A stretch of DNA of 64,000 nucleotides from NCBI GenBank assembly GCA_963666565.1, contig OY762911.1, positions 3,392,001 through 3,456,000 of the forward strand, read 5' to 3'. The notes below the pieces were generated by a model. That model worked only from the letters and a program-made list of their open reading frames with translations. It had not been told where the DNA came from and did not search any database. Both the position numbers and the translations under genes were made by a program. Of this stretch, positions 10,058 through 19,820 are shown in pieces (the stretch's first letter is position 1; the number at the start of each line of letters is the position of its first letter). This DNA comes from Thermoanaerobaculia bacterium. GTDB taxonomy: Bacteria > Acidobacteriota > Thermoanaerobaculia > Multivoradales > Multivoraceae.

Positions 10058-11759
10058 TCCCCTCGCTGCCTCCTCGACGGACGTGGCGGCGGAGATAGGA
10101 CCTGGTCATCGTCGCGACCGCGCCCGAGAGCAGCAGCAGCGAGATCAGGTTCGGGAAGGACATGAGACCCAGGGCCACGTCGCCGAAGGTCCACACGGTG
10201 GTCAACGGCAGCAGGCAGCCCATGAAGAAGAAGCCGACGTAGACCCAGCGGTAGACGGGAATCGCCTTCGCGCCGAACAGGTACTCGGTCGAGCGGTCGC
10301 CGTAGTAGGACCAGGAGATCGCCGTCGAGATGGCGAACAGCAGGACCGACAGGGTGACGATCAGGTCGCCGCGGTCGCCCGGCAGGCCGAGACTGAAGGC
10401 CCGCGCCGTGAGCGGCGCCCCGTTCAGCAGAGCGCCTCCCTCGATCCTCGGTTCGGCGCCCTCGGCAAGGAGGGAACCGTCCGCGGCGAGTTCCAGCGTG
10501 CCGCTCCAGGCGGCGCCCTCGGCATCGACCACGCGTGCGTCGACGATCGTCGCGTGAAGGAAGACGAACGAGCCGCCGGCCGTTCCGTCCACGACCTGAA
10601 GCGCGCCGCCGCCCAGGCCGGATCGCTCCTCGCGCGCCGCGAGCAGCTCCGAGTCGTCGTCGAGGACCCGGTGAATGCCCTCGATCTCGTCGAGCCCGAA
10701 GCTCTGCGGCGCGGGATCGCGCCAGGCGTCCGTCGTCACGATGACCAGGCCGGTCATCGTGCAGATGACCAGGGTGTCGATGAACGGTTCGAGCGAAGCG
10801 ACGAGGCCCTCGCGCACCGGCTCGTCCGTCTTCGCCGTGGCGTGGGCGATCGGCGCGCTGCCCTGCCCCGCCTCGTTGCTGAACAGGCCGCGGCGGATGC
10901 CCCACATCATCGTCATCAGGAAGGAGCCGGCGGCGCCGCCGACCATCGAGGTCGGCCGGAACGCCTGCTCGACGATCAGGGCGAGGCTGGCCGGCACGCT
11001 CTCGATGTTCGCGAGCAGGATGAAGAGGGCGCCGCCGACGTAGATCACCGCCATGCCGGGGGCGAGAATCGAGGTCACCCGGCCGATGCGCCGGATGCCG
11101 CCGATGATGACCAGGGCCACGAGGGAAGCGAAGACCAGGCCGCTCCATACCGGCGCCAGGCCGAACTGGGATTCGAGCTGGTCGGCCATCGTGTTCGCCT
11201 GGTTCATGTTGCCGGTGCCGAAGGAACAGATGACGGCGAGGCCGGCGAACAGCATGGCCATCCACTTCCATTGCTGGCCAAGGCCCTTCTCGATGTAGTA
11301 CATCGGACCGCCGGAGACGGACCCGTCCTTGTGTACCTGCCGGTGGGCAACGGCCAGCGTGCACTCCGCGAACTTGAGCGCCATGCCGAAGAACGCAGTG
11401 ACCCACATCCAGAACAGCGCGCCGGGACCGCCCATGCGGATGGCGATGGCGACTCCGGCGATGTTGCCGATGCCGACGGTCGCGGAGAGGGCGGTGGTCA
11501 GCGCCTGGAAGTGGACCAGGTCGCCCTCGTCGTTCGGGTCGTTGTACTTGCCGCCGAGGATGGCCCAGGCGTGCCGGAAGCCGCGCAACTGGATCAGGCC
11601 CAGGCGGACGGTCACGAACAGGCCGGTGCCCAGCAGCACCAGGGCGAGGAGGGGCGCCTGCGGCGGCGTGTTCCAGACCACGCCCTCCAGCCAGCGCGCC
11701 ACCGGACCGAGCAGTCCGTTCACCCCATCCGCGATCGAACCGAACAGTTCCTCGGGCAT
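10050..11759 (-). CDS. Alanine/glycine:cation symporter (AGCS)
   Basis: ATVGIGNIAGVA, GGPGALFWMW, GGPMYYI, RGLFSNEAGQGSAP. Confidence 0.92.
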   Translation of the reverse strand: MPEELFGSIADGVNGLLGPVARWLEGVVWNTPPQAPLLALVLLGTGLFVTVRLGLIQLRGFRHAWAILGGKYNDPNDEGDLVHFQALTTALSATVGIGNIAGVAIAIRMGGPGALFWMWVTAFFGMALKFAECTLAVAHRQVHKDGSVSGGPMYYIEKGLGQQWKWMAMLFAGLAVICSFGTGNMNQANTMADQLESQFGLAPVWSGLVFASLVALVIIGGIRRIGRVTSILAPGMAVIYVGGALFILLANIESVPASLALIVEQAFRPTSMVGGAAGSFLMTMMWGIRRGLFSNEAGQGSAPIAHATAKTDEPVREGLVASLEPFIDTLVICTMTGLVIVTTDAWRDPAPQSFGLDEIEGIHRVLDDDSELLAAREERSGLGGGALQVVDGTAGGSFVFLHATIVDARVVDAEGAAWSGTLELAADGSLLAEGAEPRIEGGALLNGAPLTARAFSLGLPGDRGDLIVTLSVLLFAISTAISWSYYGDRSTEYLFGAKAIPVYRWVYVGFFFMGCLLPLTTVWTFGDVALGLMSFPNLISLLLLSGAVATMTRSYLRRHVRRGGSEGSE

Positions 11760-11782
11760 CGTGCGTCAGTCTCCCCTGCCAG

Positions 11783-12946
11783 CTAGACGTAGTTGGCCGG
11801 ATGGCCGGTGGCGAAGACCAGAACGGACTCGCCGCGACGGATGGTACCGGAGTCCCTGAGCCGAACGACCGCCGCCATCGCCGCCGCCGTCTCGGGACCG
11901 ATCAGGAGCCCTTCCCGCGCCGCGATCGTCCGGGTCGTCTCCGCCACCAGATCCTCCTCAACGGCCACCGCCGTGCCGCCGCTCTCGCGCACCGCCCGCA
12001 GGACGAGGAAATCGCCGATCGCCTGCGGCACCCGCAGGCCCCACACCCGGGTCTCGGGCGACTCCCAGGGATCGGCCCGCTCGCCGCCGTCCCGGAAGGC
12101 CCGCACGATCGGAGCGCAGCCGGCCATCTGCACAACCGCGAACTTCGCGGGCGGCCCGCTGAGCAGGCCCAGTTCGCGCAACTCGGCGAACGCCTTCGCC
12201 ATGCCGACGATCCCCGTACCGCCGCCGGTCGGGTAGACGATCCAGTCCGGCAGCCGCCAGCCGAACTGCTCGGCGACCTCGAAGCCCATCGTCTTCTTGC
12301 CCTCGGCGCGGTAGGGCTCGCGCAGGGTCGAGAGATCCTGGAATCCGCCTCCACGTTCCCGCAGCGCGGCGCCGGCGTCGACCAGGGTGCCGCCCCCCTC
12401 GATCGTCTCCGCGCCGAAGAGGCGGCAGCGTTCGACGACGGTCGCCGGGGTGTCTTCCGGCACCGCCACGCGGCACGGCAGACCGGCAGCGGCCGCGTAG
12501 GCGGCGGCCGAGACGCCCGCGTTGCCGGCGCTCGGAACCTGGACGCCGGGGGCACCGAGTTCCCGGGCCCGGTTCACGGCCACGGAAAGCCCCCGGTCCT
12601 TGAAGGAACCCGTCGGATTGCCCGCCTCGTTCTTGACGAAGAGCCGAACGCCTTCGGGAGCCGAGCGACGGAGCCTCGCCACGGGGGTTCCCCCTTCGCC
12701 GAGATCGACCCGGCCGTGGAAGTCGGCCAGCGGCAGCAACTCGCGGTAGCGCCAGAGCGTCCACGGCCGGTGCCGAAGATCGCGCGCGAGCGCCCGGCCC
12801 CGCCGCGGGTCCAGCCGGTAGCTCACCAGCCACGGCTTGCCGGCGGGCGAGAGGAAGGCAGGCTCGTCCAGGGGCGCCTCGACACCGGTGGCGGAACAGA
12901 CCAGGCGGTCCGCCCAACCCTCTCTGCTCCGGTCGTCCGCGGCCAT
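11783..12946 (-). CDS. Threonine synthase-like PLP-dependent enzyme
   Basis: LWRYRELLP, LGEGGTP, NPTGSFKDRG, EPYRAEGKKTMG, YPTGGG. Confidence 0.85.
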   Translation of the reverse strand: MAADDRSREGWADRLVCSATGVEAPLDEPAFLSPAGKPWLVSYRLDPRRGRALARDLRHRPWTLWRYRELLPLADFHGRVDLGEGGTPVARLRRSAPEGVRLFVKNEAGNPTGSFKDRGLSVAVNRARELGAPGVQVPSAGNAGVSAAAYAAAAGLPCRVAVPEDTPATVVERCRLFGAETIEGGGTLVDAGAALRERGGGFQDLSTLREPYRAEGKKTMGFEVAEQFGWRLPDWIVYPTGGGTGIVGMAKAFAELRELGLLSGPPAKFAVVQMAGCAPIVRAFRDGGERADPWESPETRVWGLRVPQAIGDFLVLRAVRESGGTAVAVEEDLVAETTRTIAAREGLLIGPETAAAMAAVVRLRDSGTIRRGESVLVFATGHPANYV

Positions 12947-13006
12947 CCTCCGATCCCCCCGGCGAACCCTACCAGCGCGGCCCGGACGGCGCCGTCCAGT
13001 TGTACA

Positions 13007-13051
13007 CAAGCCATTGAAAAACAACAACTTAGGGCGAAACTGTGCTATCAT
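13007..13051. promoter_or_regulatory. AT-rich divergent promoter region: dyad IHF-like site and extended -10 (TGcTATCAT, 13043-13051)
   Basis: CAAGCCATTGAAAAACAACAACTTAG matches WATCAANNNNTTR with 1 mismatch on each strand. Confidence 0.5.
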
Positions 13052-13084
13052 TGCCGCCTCGCATCAATATCTGGGCATTCGCGC

Positions 13085-14926
13085 ATGAGTCAACGTATCG
13101 GTCGTTTCGAGATCCTCCGCCGCCTGGAGGCGAGAGCCGAAGCGGCCTCGTACCTGGGCCGCGACACCCGGGACGACGGTTCCGTCATCGTCGACACCTG
13201 GACCGACGAGACAGCCGAAGCCCAGGCCCTGTTCCTGCAGCGCGCCGCCGCGGTCGAACGTCTGGAGCACGACTCGATCGCCCGCATCCTCGACTTCGGG
13301 ATCGACGGCTCGACCTCCTGCCGGATCGAGCAGTCCCGGGGCAACGAAACGCTGGCGGCCCGCCTGGAACGCTGCGACGAACTGCCCATCCGGACCGCCC
13401 TGGGCTGGCTGGCCCAGGTCGCGCGGGCGCTGGAGTACGCGCACAGCCGGGGAGTCGTGCACGGAGACCTCCACCCGGGAGAGATCGCGATCCGCTCGGA
13501 CGACGCGGTCACCGTTCGCGGGTTCGCGAATCCGCGGCCGCGGGCGCACGTCCGCTACCAGGCACCGGAACTGCTGCGCGGCGAGACGACCGACGCGCGA
13601 ACGGACGTCTACGCGTTCGGCGTACTCGCACACCGGGCCCTGACCTTCCGGGCCGGCGAGCGGCGGATGCCCGCGCGCCGGCTCAGGCCGAAGGACCGGC
13701 GTCTCCTGCGGAAGACGATCAGGGAGCAACTCGAGCCGCACGTCGCGCGATCGCTGACGCCGGTTCTCGAAGCCTGCCTGAAGGACGATCCCGGCAAGCG
13801 CGCGGCGAGCTTCACCCCGGTCGTGAGCGCCCTGGAGGGCGCGCACCAGGAGCTCGTCGCCGCGGCCGCGAACGAAGAGGCGGCGCCGGCCGAACCGAAC
13901 GACTGGACGGAAGCCGCGGTTCTGAACGAGCCCGGGACCTCCGATTCCGCCCTCGTCGACGTCGAACTCGACGGAGGCGCCCCGGCGCCCGACGCCTCCT
14001 CCCCCGCCCCCAGCCTCGACAGCGTCGCCGACGCGATCCGGCGACCGCCCCGTTCCCGCCTGCGGCGCCGCTGGCTGACCTTCGCGACGGTCGCCGGCAC
14101 CGCGCTCTGGCTCGGCGGCACGCTGTGGTGGTCCAAGGGCAGTCCGCTCGCCGGCTCGGAAGCCCCCGCGGCGCGGACTGAGTCCCCGGCCGCGGCCCGC
14201 CCGTCCCCCACTGAGAAAGAGGCCGCGGCCGGCGAGGCCGCGAAGCCAGCCGAACGGCCAGCGAGCGCCGGCGCCCCGAAGGACGCGGCGCTCCCGTCCC
14301 TCGAAGCGGGCCCGCCCCCCGCCGGCAGCGGCGTCGGCCGCCTCGCCCTGGCGCCCGCCTGGGACCCGGACATCACCGTCTCCATCGACGGCGAACCGCC
14401 CGTGGGACTCGATCGACGGAGGGTGTTCGAAGTCGAGGCCGATGTCGACCACGTGCTGACCTTCGAACTCGCCACCCGCGACTACCAGATCCGGGAGCAG
14501 GTCGTCACCCAGGTCGGCCTCGGCCGCCTGCTGGAAACGCCGGTGCCGCTCGTCCGGCCCGGCGCCGTCAGCATCGCTCCGGCGTCCGACTCGGAGCGGG
14601 AGCGGCCCGTCTTCGTCCGCATCGGCGACGAGGCGATCGGCTGGACGCCCATCCTCCGCCTGCCCCTGCCGGCGGGCGACCACGTCGTCAGCCTGCTCCG
14701 CAATCCGACCTGGCGGCCGGAGGACAGGATCGACCACCGGATCCGCGTGAGGTCCCGGCAGGAGACGACGGTGCGCTTCGACCTGGAAGCCGAGCCGCCC
14801 GTCCTGATCGTCGACGGCCGCGCGGTCGGCGACGTGCCGCCGGCGACGGAGGCGGCGCCCGAAGCCGCGGTCCGGGCTTCGGACGCGGCCGCGCGCCCGG
14901 CGTCCGCCGCGACGCCGACCGACTGA
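13085..14926 (+). CDS. Membrane-anchored Hanks-type pseudokinase with C-terminal PEGA-like beta domains
   Basis: IGRFEILRRL start, LEYAHSRGVVHGDL, YQAPE, TDVYAFG; one TM segment (WLTFATVAGTALWLGGTLWW); catalytic residues missing. Confidence 0.75.
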   Translation: MSQRIGRFEILRRLEARAEAASYLGRDTRDDGSVIVDTWTDETAEAQALFLQRAAAVERLEHDSIARILDFGIDGSTSCRIEQSRGNETLAARLERCDELPIRTALGWLAQVARALEYAHSRGVVHGDLHPGEIAIRSDDAVTVRGFANPRPRAHVRYQAPELLRGETTDARTDVYAFGVLAHRALTFRAGERRMPARRLRPKDRRLLRKTIREQLEPHVARSLTPVLEACLKDDPGKRAASFTPVVSALEGAHQELVAAAANEEAAPAEPNDWTEAAVLNEPGTSDSALVDVELDGGAPAPDASSPAPSLDSVADAIRRPPRSRLRRRWLTFATVAGTALWLGGTLWWSKGSPLAGSEAPAARTESPAAARPSPTEKEAAAGEAAKPAERPASAGAPKDAALPSLEAGPPPAGSGVGRLALAPAWDPDITVSIDGEPPVGLDRRRVFEVEADVDHVLTFELATRDYQIREQVVTQVGLGRLLETPVPLVRPGAVSIAPASDSERERPVFVRIGDEAIGWTPILRLPLPAGDHVVSLLRNPTWRPEDRIDHRIRVRSRQETTVRFDLEAEPPVLIVDGRAVGDVPPATEAAPEAAVRASDAAARPASAATPTD

Positions 14927-15000
14927 ACGCCACGGGCGCCTGGGCCAGACCCTGAGCGGCCGGGTGCTGTAGGCTGACCGGGAAAGGACGCCGAGGGACG

Positions 15001-15993
15001 ATGGCCGAGACGATCGAGTTGACGGCGCCGCCCGCGACGACCGCCGCGAAGGACGAGCAGGCCCTCGAAGTCAGCGTACTCGTGCCGGTCCTCAACGAGA
15101 GTGCGACGGTGTCCACCCTGGCCCGGCGCGTCCTCGCGAACCTGGACTCCATCGGCGTCCGGGCGGAGGTCGTGTTCATCGACGACGGCTCGACCGACGA
15201 CACCGCGGATCTCGTTCGCCGCGAGCACGACCGCGACCCTCGCGTGCGGCTCGTCCGGCTGCGCCGGAACTTCGGCAAGGCGGCCGCGCTCTCCGCCGGC
15301 GTCGACCACTCCAGCGGCCGGATTCTGGTGACGATGGACGGCGACCTGCAGGACGACCCGGACGAGATTCCCCGTCTGCTGCAGGCGCTGGAGGACGGCC
15401 CCCTCGACCTGGTCTCCGGCTGGAAGCGCACCCGGCGCGATCCGTGGCGCCGCCGGCTCGCCTCCAGGGTCTTCAACTGGGTGACGCGCACCCTCTCGAA
15501 CGTCCGGCTCCACGACTTCAATTCCGGCTTCAAGGCCTACCGCCGGGAAGTTCTGGAGCAGGTCGCCGTCTACGGCGAGCTGCATCGCTACATTCCGGTG
15601 CTCGCCAGCCGCCGCGGCTTTCTCGTCGGCGAGCTCCCGGTGGCGCACCATCCCCGCCGCGCCGGCCGCAGCCGCTACGGCTGGGACCGCTCGTACAAGG
15701 GGCCGGTCGACCTGATCACGGTGCTGTTCATCAGCCGCTTCACCCGCCGCCCGCTGCACCTGTTCGGCCCCATCGGTCTGATCAGCTTCGCCGCGGGCCT
15801 GGGCATCTGTTCCTACCTCGCGGCGCTGTGGTTCGCCGGCGCCTCCCTCTCCAACCGGCCGCTGCTGCTGCTCGGGGTCCTGCTGATGGTGCTGGGAATT
15901 CAGATCGTCACGACCGGGCTCATCGGCGAACTGATCACCTTCAAGAACTTCCGCCGGCCGGACAGCTACTCCGTGCGCGAGCGGGTCGGCTGA
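15001..15993 (+). CDS. GT2 polyprenol-phosphate glycosyltransferase (ArnC/DPM1-like)
   Basis: DDGSTD, RRNFGKAAAL, MDGDLQDDP, GELHRYIP; two C-terminal TM segments. Confidence 0.9.
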   Translation: MAETIELTAPPATTAAKDEQALEVSVLVPVLNESATVSTLARRVLANLDSIGVRAEVVFIDDGSTDDTADLVRREHDRDPRVRLVRLRRNFGKAAALSAGVDHSSGRILVTMDGDLQDDPDEIPRLLQALEDGPLDLVSGWKRTRRDPWRRRLASRVFNWVTRTLSNVRLHDFNSGFKAYRREVLEQVAVYGELHRYIPVLASRRGFLVGELPVAHHPRRAGRSRYGWDRSYKGPVDLITVLFISRFTRRPLHLFGPIGLISFAAGLGICSYLAALWFAGASLSNRPLLLLGVLLMVLGIQIVTTGLIGELITFKNFRRPDSYSVRERVG

Positions 15994-16023
15994 ACCCGGA
16001 TCTCCGCCGGCAGGAGCGCGACG

Positions 16024-17280
16024 CTGCGCATCCTCTTCCTCACCCAGACCTATCCACGCTGGCCGGGCGACGGGGCCGGCCCGTTCATCCGGGAGCTGGC
16101 CCGCGGGCTGGTGCGAGCCGGCGACCGGGTGACCGTCCTCGCGCCGCGGGCGCCCCAGGTGCGCCGCGCCTGGAACGACGACGGCGTCGAGGTCCGCTCC
16201 TTCGCCTACGCTCCCCGGCGACTCGAGCTGCTCGGCTACGGCCGGAGCCTCGCGGCGGACGAACGTGTCCGGCCGGGCGCCGCGCTGGCGGCGCCGCTCT
16301 ACCTGCGGGCAGCGGCGGCGGCGACAGGACGCCTCCTGGCGCGCGGGCGCTTCGACGTGCTCCACGCCCACTGGGTCGCGCCCAACGGGCTGGTGGCGTT
16401 GTGGCCGGGAATCCTGCGGCGGGGCGCCCTGATCGCCGCCGGACTCCACGGCAGCGACGTGTTCCTGGCCGAGAAGGCGCTGGTCCGCCCCGCCGTCCGC
16501 CGCGCGCTGGCCCGCTGCGGGCTGCTCACCGGTTGCTCGCCCGAGCTAGTCGAGAGGGTGCGGCGGATCGGCTTCGAGGGCAAGCCGTCCCGGGTCATTC
16601 CCTACGGCGTCGACGTCGAGATGTTCCGTCCGGCGGCCGAGAGATCGGCGGCGTCGGGCGAAGGCGGCTGGCGCCAACGCCTGGGCATCCCGGCGGACGC
16701 CGCCCTCCTGCTCGGCGTCGGCCGGCTGGCGACGAAGAAGGGCTTCCAGGTGCTGATCGACGTCCTTCCCGACCTGCTCGCCCGGTTTCGCGACCTGCAC
16801 GCGATCGTCGCCGGCGACGGCGACCGGATGCCGGAGTTCCGGGCCGCGGTCGCCGGCTGGAGTGCCGAGCATGCCGCCCGGATGCACCTTCCCGGCGGCG
16901 TCGCCCACGACGATCTGCCCGCCCTCTACCGGAGCGCGGACCTGTTCGTCCTTCCGGCCGTCCACGACCCCCAGGGGAACGTCGACGGCCTGCCGAACGT
17001 GATCCTGGAGGCGCTGGCGAGCGGCCTGCCGGTGGTGGCGAGCGGGATCTCCGGCATTCCGCTGGCGGTCGAGTCGGGCGTGCAGGGCGTCCTCGTGCCC
17101 GAGCAGGACCGGCCGGCGCTCCGGGAGGCCGTCGCCGGGCTGCTGGCCAACCCGGAACGGCGCCGCCAGATGGGCGCCCGCGCCCGCGCCCGCGCCGTCT
17201 CCGAACTGACCTGGGACATGGCGGCCGGAAAGTACCGGCAGGCCTACCTCGACGCTCTGGCGGAGGACGCCTCGCCGTGA
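16024..17280 (+). CDS. GT4 glycosyltransferase, probable CTG start
   Basis: (M)RILFLTQTYP N-terminus, HAHW, GRLATKKG, DGLPNVILEALASG; AGGAG 7 nt before CTG. Confidence 0.85.
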   Translation: MRILFLTQTYPRWPGDGAGPFIRELARGLVRAGDRVTVLAPRAPQVRRAWNDDGVEVRSFAYAPRRLELLGYGRSLAADERVRPGAALAAPLYLRAAAAATGRLLARGRFDVLHAHWVAPNGLVALWPGILRRGALIAAGLHGSDVFLAEKALVRPAVRRALARCGLLTGCSPELVERVRRIGFEGKPSRVIPYGVDVEMFRPAAERSAASGEGGWRQRLGIPADAALLLGVGRLATKKGFQVLIDVLPDLLARFRDLHAIVAGDGDRMPEFRAAVAGWSAEHAARMHLPGGVAHDDLPALYRSADLFVLPAVHDPQGNVDGLPNVILEALASGLPVVASGISGIPLAVESGVQGVLVPEQDRPALREAVAGLLANPERRRQMGARARARAVSELTWDMAAGKYRQAYLDALAEDASP

Positions 17281-18017
17281 GTCGCTCCGCCGACGACCGG
17301 CCCCTCGATCCGCGGCGCCGGAGACTCTGGTGGACGGTCCTCGGCGCCGCGATGACGCTGCCCACCGTGGCGTCGCTCGCCTACTTCGTCTGGCTCGAGG
17401 GCACGGCCTGGGTGGCGCCGGTGTACCTGGGGACCAAGGCGCTCCAGTTCGCCGGCCCGCTGGCGGCGCTGGGCGCCCTGCTGGCGGCGAGGTTCGGAAC
17501 GGCGAGACCGGGCCGGTCGGTCGCCCTGGGACTGGGCACCGGAATCGCCGGGGCCGCCGGCACGTGGTTCTCCTACGCGCTTCTCCTTCGCGGCGGCGAG
17601 ATGGCCTCCACCGCCGCCGGGGCGATCGCGGTCAAGCTGGCCGACTTTCGTCTCGACACGCTGGAGCGCTACGTCGCGGCGGCCATCCTGATCAGCTTCG
17701 TCCACTCCTGGCTCGAGGAGGTCTACTGGCGAGCCTTCGTCTACGGCCGGCTGCGCCGGCTGACGTCTTCCGGGTGGTCGCACCCGGTGGCCGCCGTCGG
17801 CTTCGCCGCCCACCACGTGGTGGTCATCGGCGTCTACCTCGGCGACGCCCCGGTCCTCGTGCTGGCCCTCATGTCGCTGCCGGTCGTCCTCGGGGGCATC
17901 CTGTGGTCGCTCCTCTACCGCGCCACGGGCAACCGCCTGCTGGCGCCCTGGCTCAGCCATGTCTGTCTCGACCTCGCCATCATGTTCGTGGGCTACGACC
18001 TGATCTTCGGCGGCTGA
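17277..18017 (+). CDS. CPBP (CAAX/Abi) family intramembrane metalloprotease
   Basis: EEVYWR, FAAHH and LSH motifs; multiple TM segments. Confidence 0.8.
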   Translation: MSRSADDRPLDPRRRRLWWTVLGAAMTLPTVASLAYFVWLEGTAWVAPVYLGTKALQFAGPLAALGALLAARFGTARPGRSVALGLGTGIAGAAGTWFSYALLLRGGEMASTAAGAIAVKLADFRLDTLERYVAAAILISFVHSWLEEVYWRAFVYGRLRRLTSSGWSHPVAAVGFAAHHVVVIGVYLGDAPVLVLALMSLPVVLGGILWSLLYRATGNRLLAPWLSHVCLDLAIMFVGYDLIFGG

Positions 18018-19066
18018 ACGCCTGCATCGAGTTCGCCGCGCGAGACGGGCAGGCCCCGTTCGCGCAGCCAGTCGTCGTTGTAGATCGTGCTCAGGTAGCG
18101 GGTCCCGGAATCCGGGAACAGGGTCGCCACGCGCGCGCCCGGCGGCAATTCCGGCAGGACCTGCCGCACGCCCCAGAGCGCCGCGCCGCTCGAGCCGCCC
18201 ACCAGCATCGCCTCGTCGCGGGCGAGTTCGCGCGCCGCCAGGAACGCCTCCGCGTCGCTGACCTGCAGCATCCTGTCGAAGATCTCGAACTCGGGACAGT
18301 CGATGATCTCCTCGTCGCCCAGTCCCTCGAGCAGGTAGCGGCCGGCGGGCGCGGACGAGTCGGCCGCGCCGGTGAGAGCCGCGAAATGCCGGCTGAAGAC
18401 GGATCCTTCGACGTCGACCGCGACCACCTGGATCGCCGGATCCCGCTCCTTCAGGAAGCGGCCGACCCCGGAGACCGTGCCGCCCGTGCCGACGCCGCCG
18501 ACGAAGACGTCGATGCGCCCCTCCATCTGCCGCCAGATTTCCGGCGCCGTCGTCGCGTAGTGGCACTCGTTGTTGTCGCGGTTGTTGTGCTGGTCCGGGA
18601 AGAAGGCTCCCGGTTCCTCCGCAACCAGGCTCAGCGCCTTCCGGTTGTACGACTCCGGGTGCTCCGGCGGCAGGTCGCCGTCCACCAGGACCAGTTCGAC
18701 GCCCAGGGCCCGCAGGCAGTCGAGCTTCTCGCGGCTGGTCTGGCGGCGGACGACGGCGCGGCAGCGCAGCCCCCGGGTCGTGGCCATCATCGCCAGCCCC
18801 ATCGCGGTGTTGCCGGAGGACGCTTCGATCACCAGCCCTCCGGGCGCCAGGCGGCCGGACGCGAGCGCCCGGTCCACGAGGTAACGCGCGACCCGGTCCT
18901 TCACGCTGCCCATCGGGTTGAGGTACTCGAGCTTCGCGAACACCTCGGCGCCGGCGCCGCCCGGCGAACGGCGGAGACGCACCATCGGCGTACCGCCGAT
19001 CGCCTCGCAGACGTCCTCGCAGACGCCCGGCGAGACGGGTTCGAGTGGGACCGCCGCCGCCTTCAA
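17993..19066 (-). CDS. PLP-dependent cysteine synthase / cystathionine beta-synthase family protein
   Basis: IGGTPMVRL, NPMGSVKDR, SSGNTA, GVGTGGT, GGSSGA, PDSGTRYLS. Confidence 0.88.
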   Translation of the reverse strand: MKAAAVPLEPVSPGVCEDVCEAIGGTPMVRLRRSPGGAGAEVFAKLEYLNPMGSVKDRVARYLVDRALASGRLAPGGLVIEASSGNTAMGLAMMATTRGLRCRAVVRRQTSREKLDCLRALGVELVLVDGDLPPEHPESYNRKALSLVAEEPGAFFPDQHNNRDNNECHYATTAPEIWRQMEGRIDVFVGGVGTGGTVSGVGRFLKERDPAIQVVAVDVEGSVFSRHFAALTGAADSSAPAGRYLLEGLGDEEIIDCPEFEIFDRMLQVSDAEAFLAARELARDEAMLVGGSSGAALWGVRQVLPELPPGARVATLFPDSGTRYLSTIYNDDWLRERGLPVSRGELDAGVQPPKIRS

Positions 19067-19076
19067 GGTACCGAGA

Positions 19077-19820
19077 CTACTCCGCTCCGCCGGTCCCGAG
19101 CAGCCGGTCCCGGACGATCTGCATGTCCTCCCAGGTCTTGCGCTTGAAGGACGGATCCCGAAGCAGGAACGCGGGGTGGTAGGTCACCCGGACCGGCACG
19201 CCTCCGGCCTCGTGCCAGGTTCCGCGCAGGCGGCCCAGCGCGCTCTTCGTCCCCAGCAACTGCTGCGCCGCCACCCTGCCCAGGGCCACGATGACCCGTG
19301 GCGCGACGAGTTCGATCTGGCGATCGAGAAAGGGGCGGCAGGCCGCGGTCTCGTCGGGCTGCGGATCCCGGTTGTTCGGAGGCCTGCACTTCACGACGTT
19401 CGTGATGTAGACGTCCTCGCGCCGCAGGTCGATCGCCCGGATGATCCGGGTCAGAAGCTGTCCGGCCGGTCCCACGAACGGCAGCCCCTGCCGGTCCTCC
19501 TGGAAGCCCGGACCCTCGCCCACGAACATCAGGTCCGCGTCGCCGTCGCCGTCCCCGAATACGACCCTGTTGCGGCCGCCGCACAGGCCGCACGCGGTGC
19601 AGCCCCGGGCCTCCTCCGCGACCGCCAGCAGACGCTCCAGCCGGCTACCCGGCGCGGGCGTCGCGGCCGGCGTGGGCGTTGCGGCTACCGTGGGCGCTGC
19701 GGCCGGCGCGGCTGCCGCGGGTGGAGCGGCTGCCGCCGGCCCGGGCGGATAGGCGTCGGTGAAGCCCAGATCCCGCAGGAGGCCGATCTCCCGCGACGGC
19801 GGCAGGCGCGTCCGGTTCAC
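19077..19820 (-). CDS. Family 4 uracil-DNA glycosylase (4Fe-4S)
   Basis: CTACGL, GEGPG..ED, PFVGPAG, NVVKCRPP, TYHPA. Confidence 0.92.
   Translation of the reverse strand: MNRTRLPPSREIGLLRDLGFTDAYPPGPAAAAPPAAAAPAAAPTVAATPTPAATPAPGSRLERLLAVAEEARGCTACGLCGGRNRVVFGDGDGDADLMFVGEGPGFQEDRQGLPFVGPAGQLLTRIIRAIDLRREDVYITNVVKCRPPNNRDPQPDETAACRPFLDRQIELVAPRVIVALGRVAAQQLLGTKSALGRLRGTWHEAGGVPVRVTYHPAFLLRDPSFKRKTWEDMQIVRDRLLGTGGAE

Noticed and set aside
15991-15993. Selenocysteine read-through between GT2 and GT4
   Set aside because: The position is a normal GT2 C-terminus, no SECIS was recognised, and a CTG start with an RBS explains it more simply.
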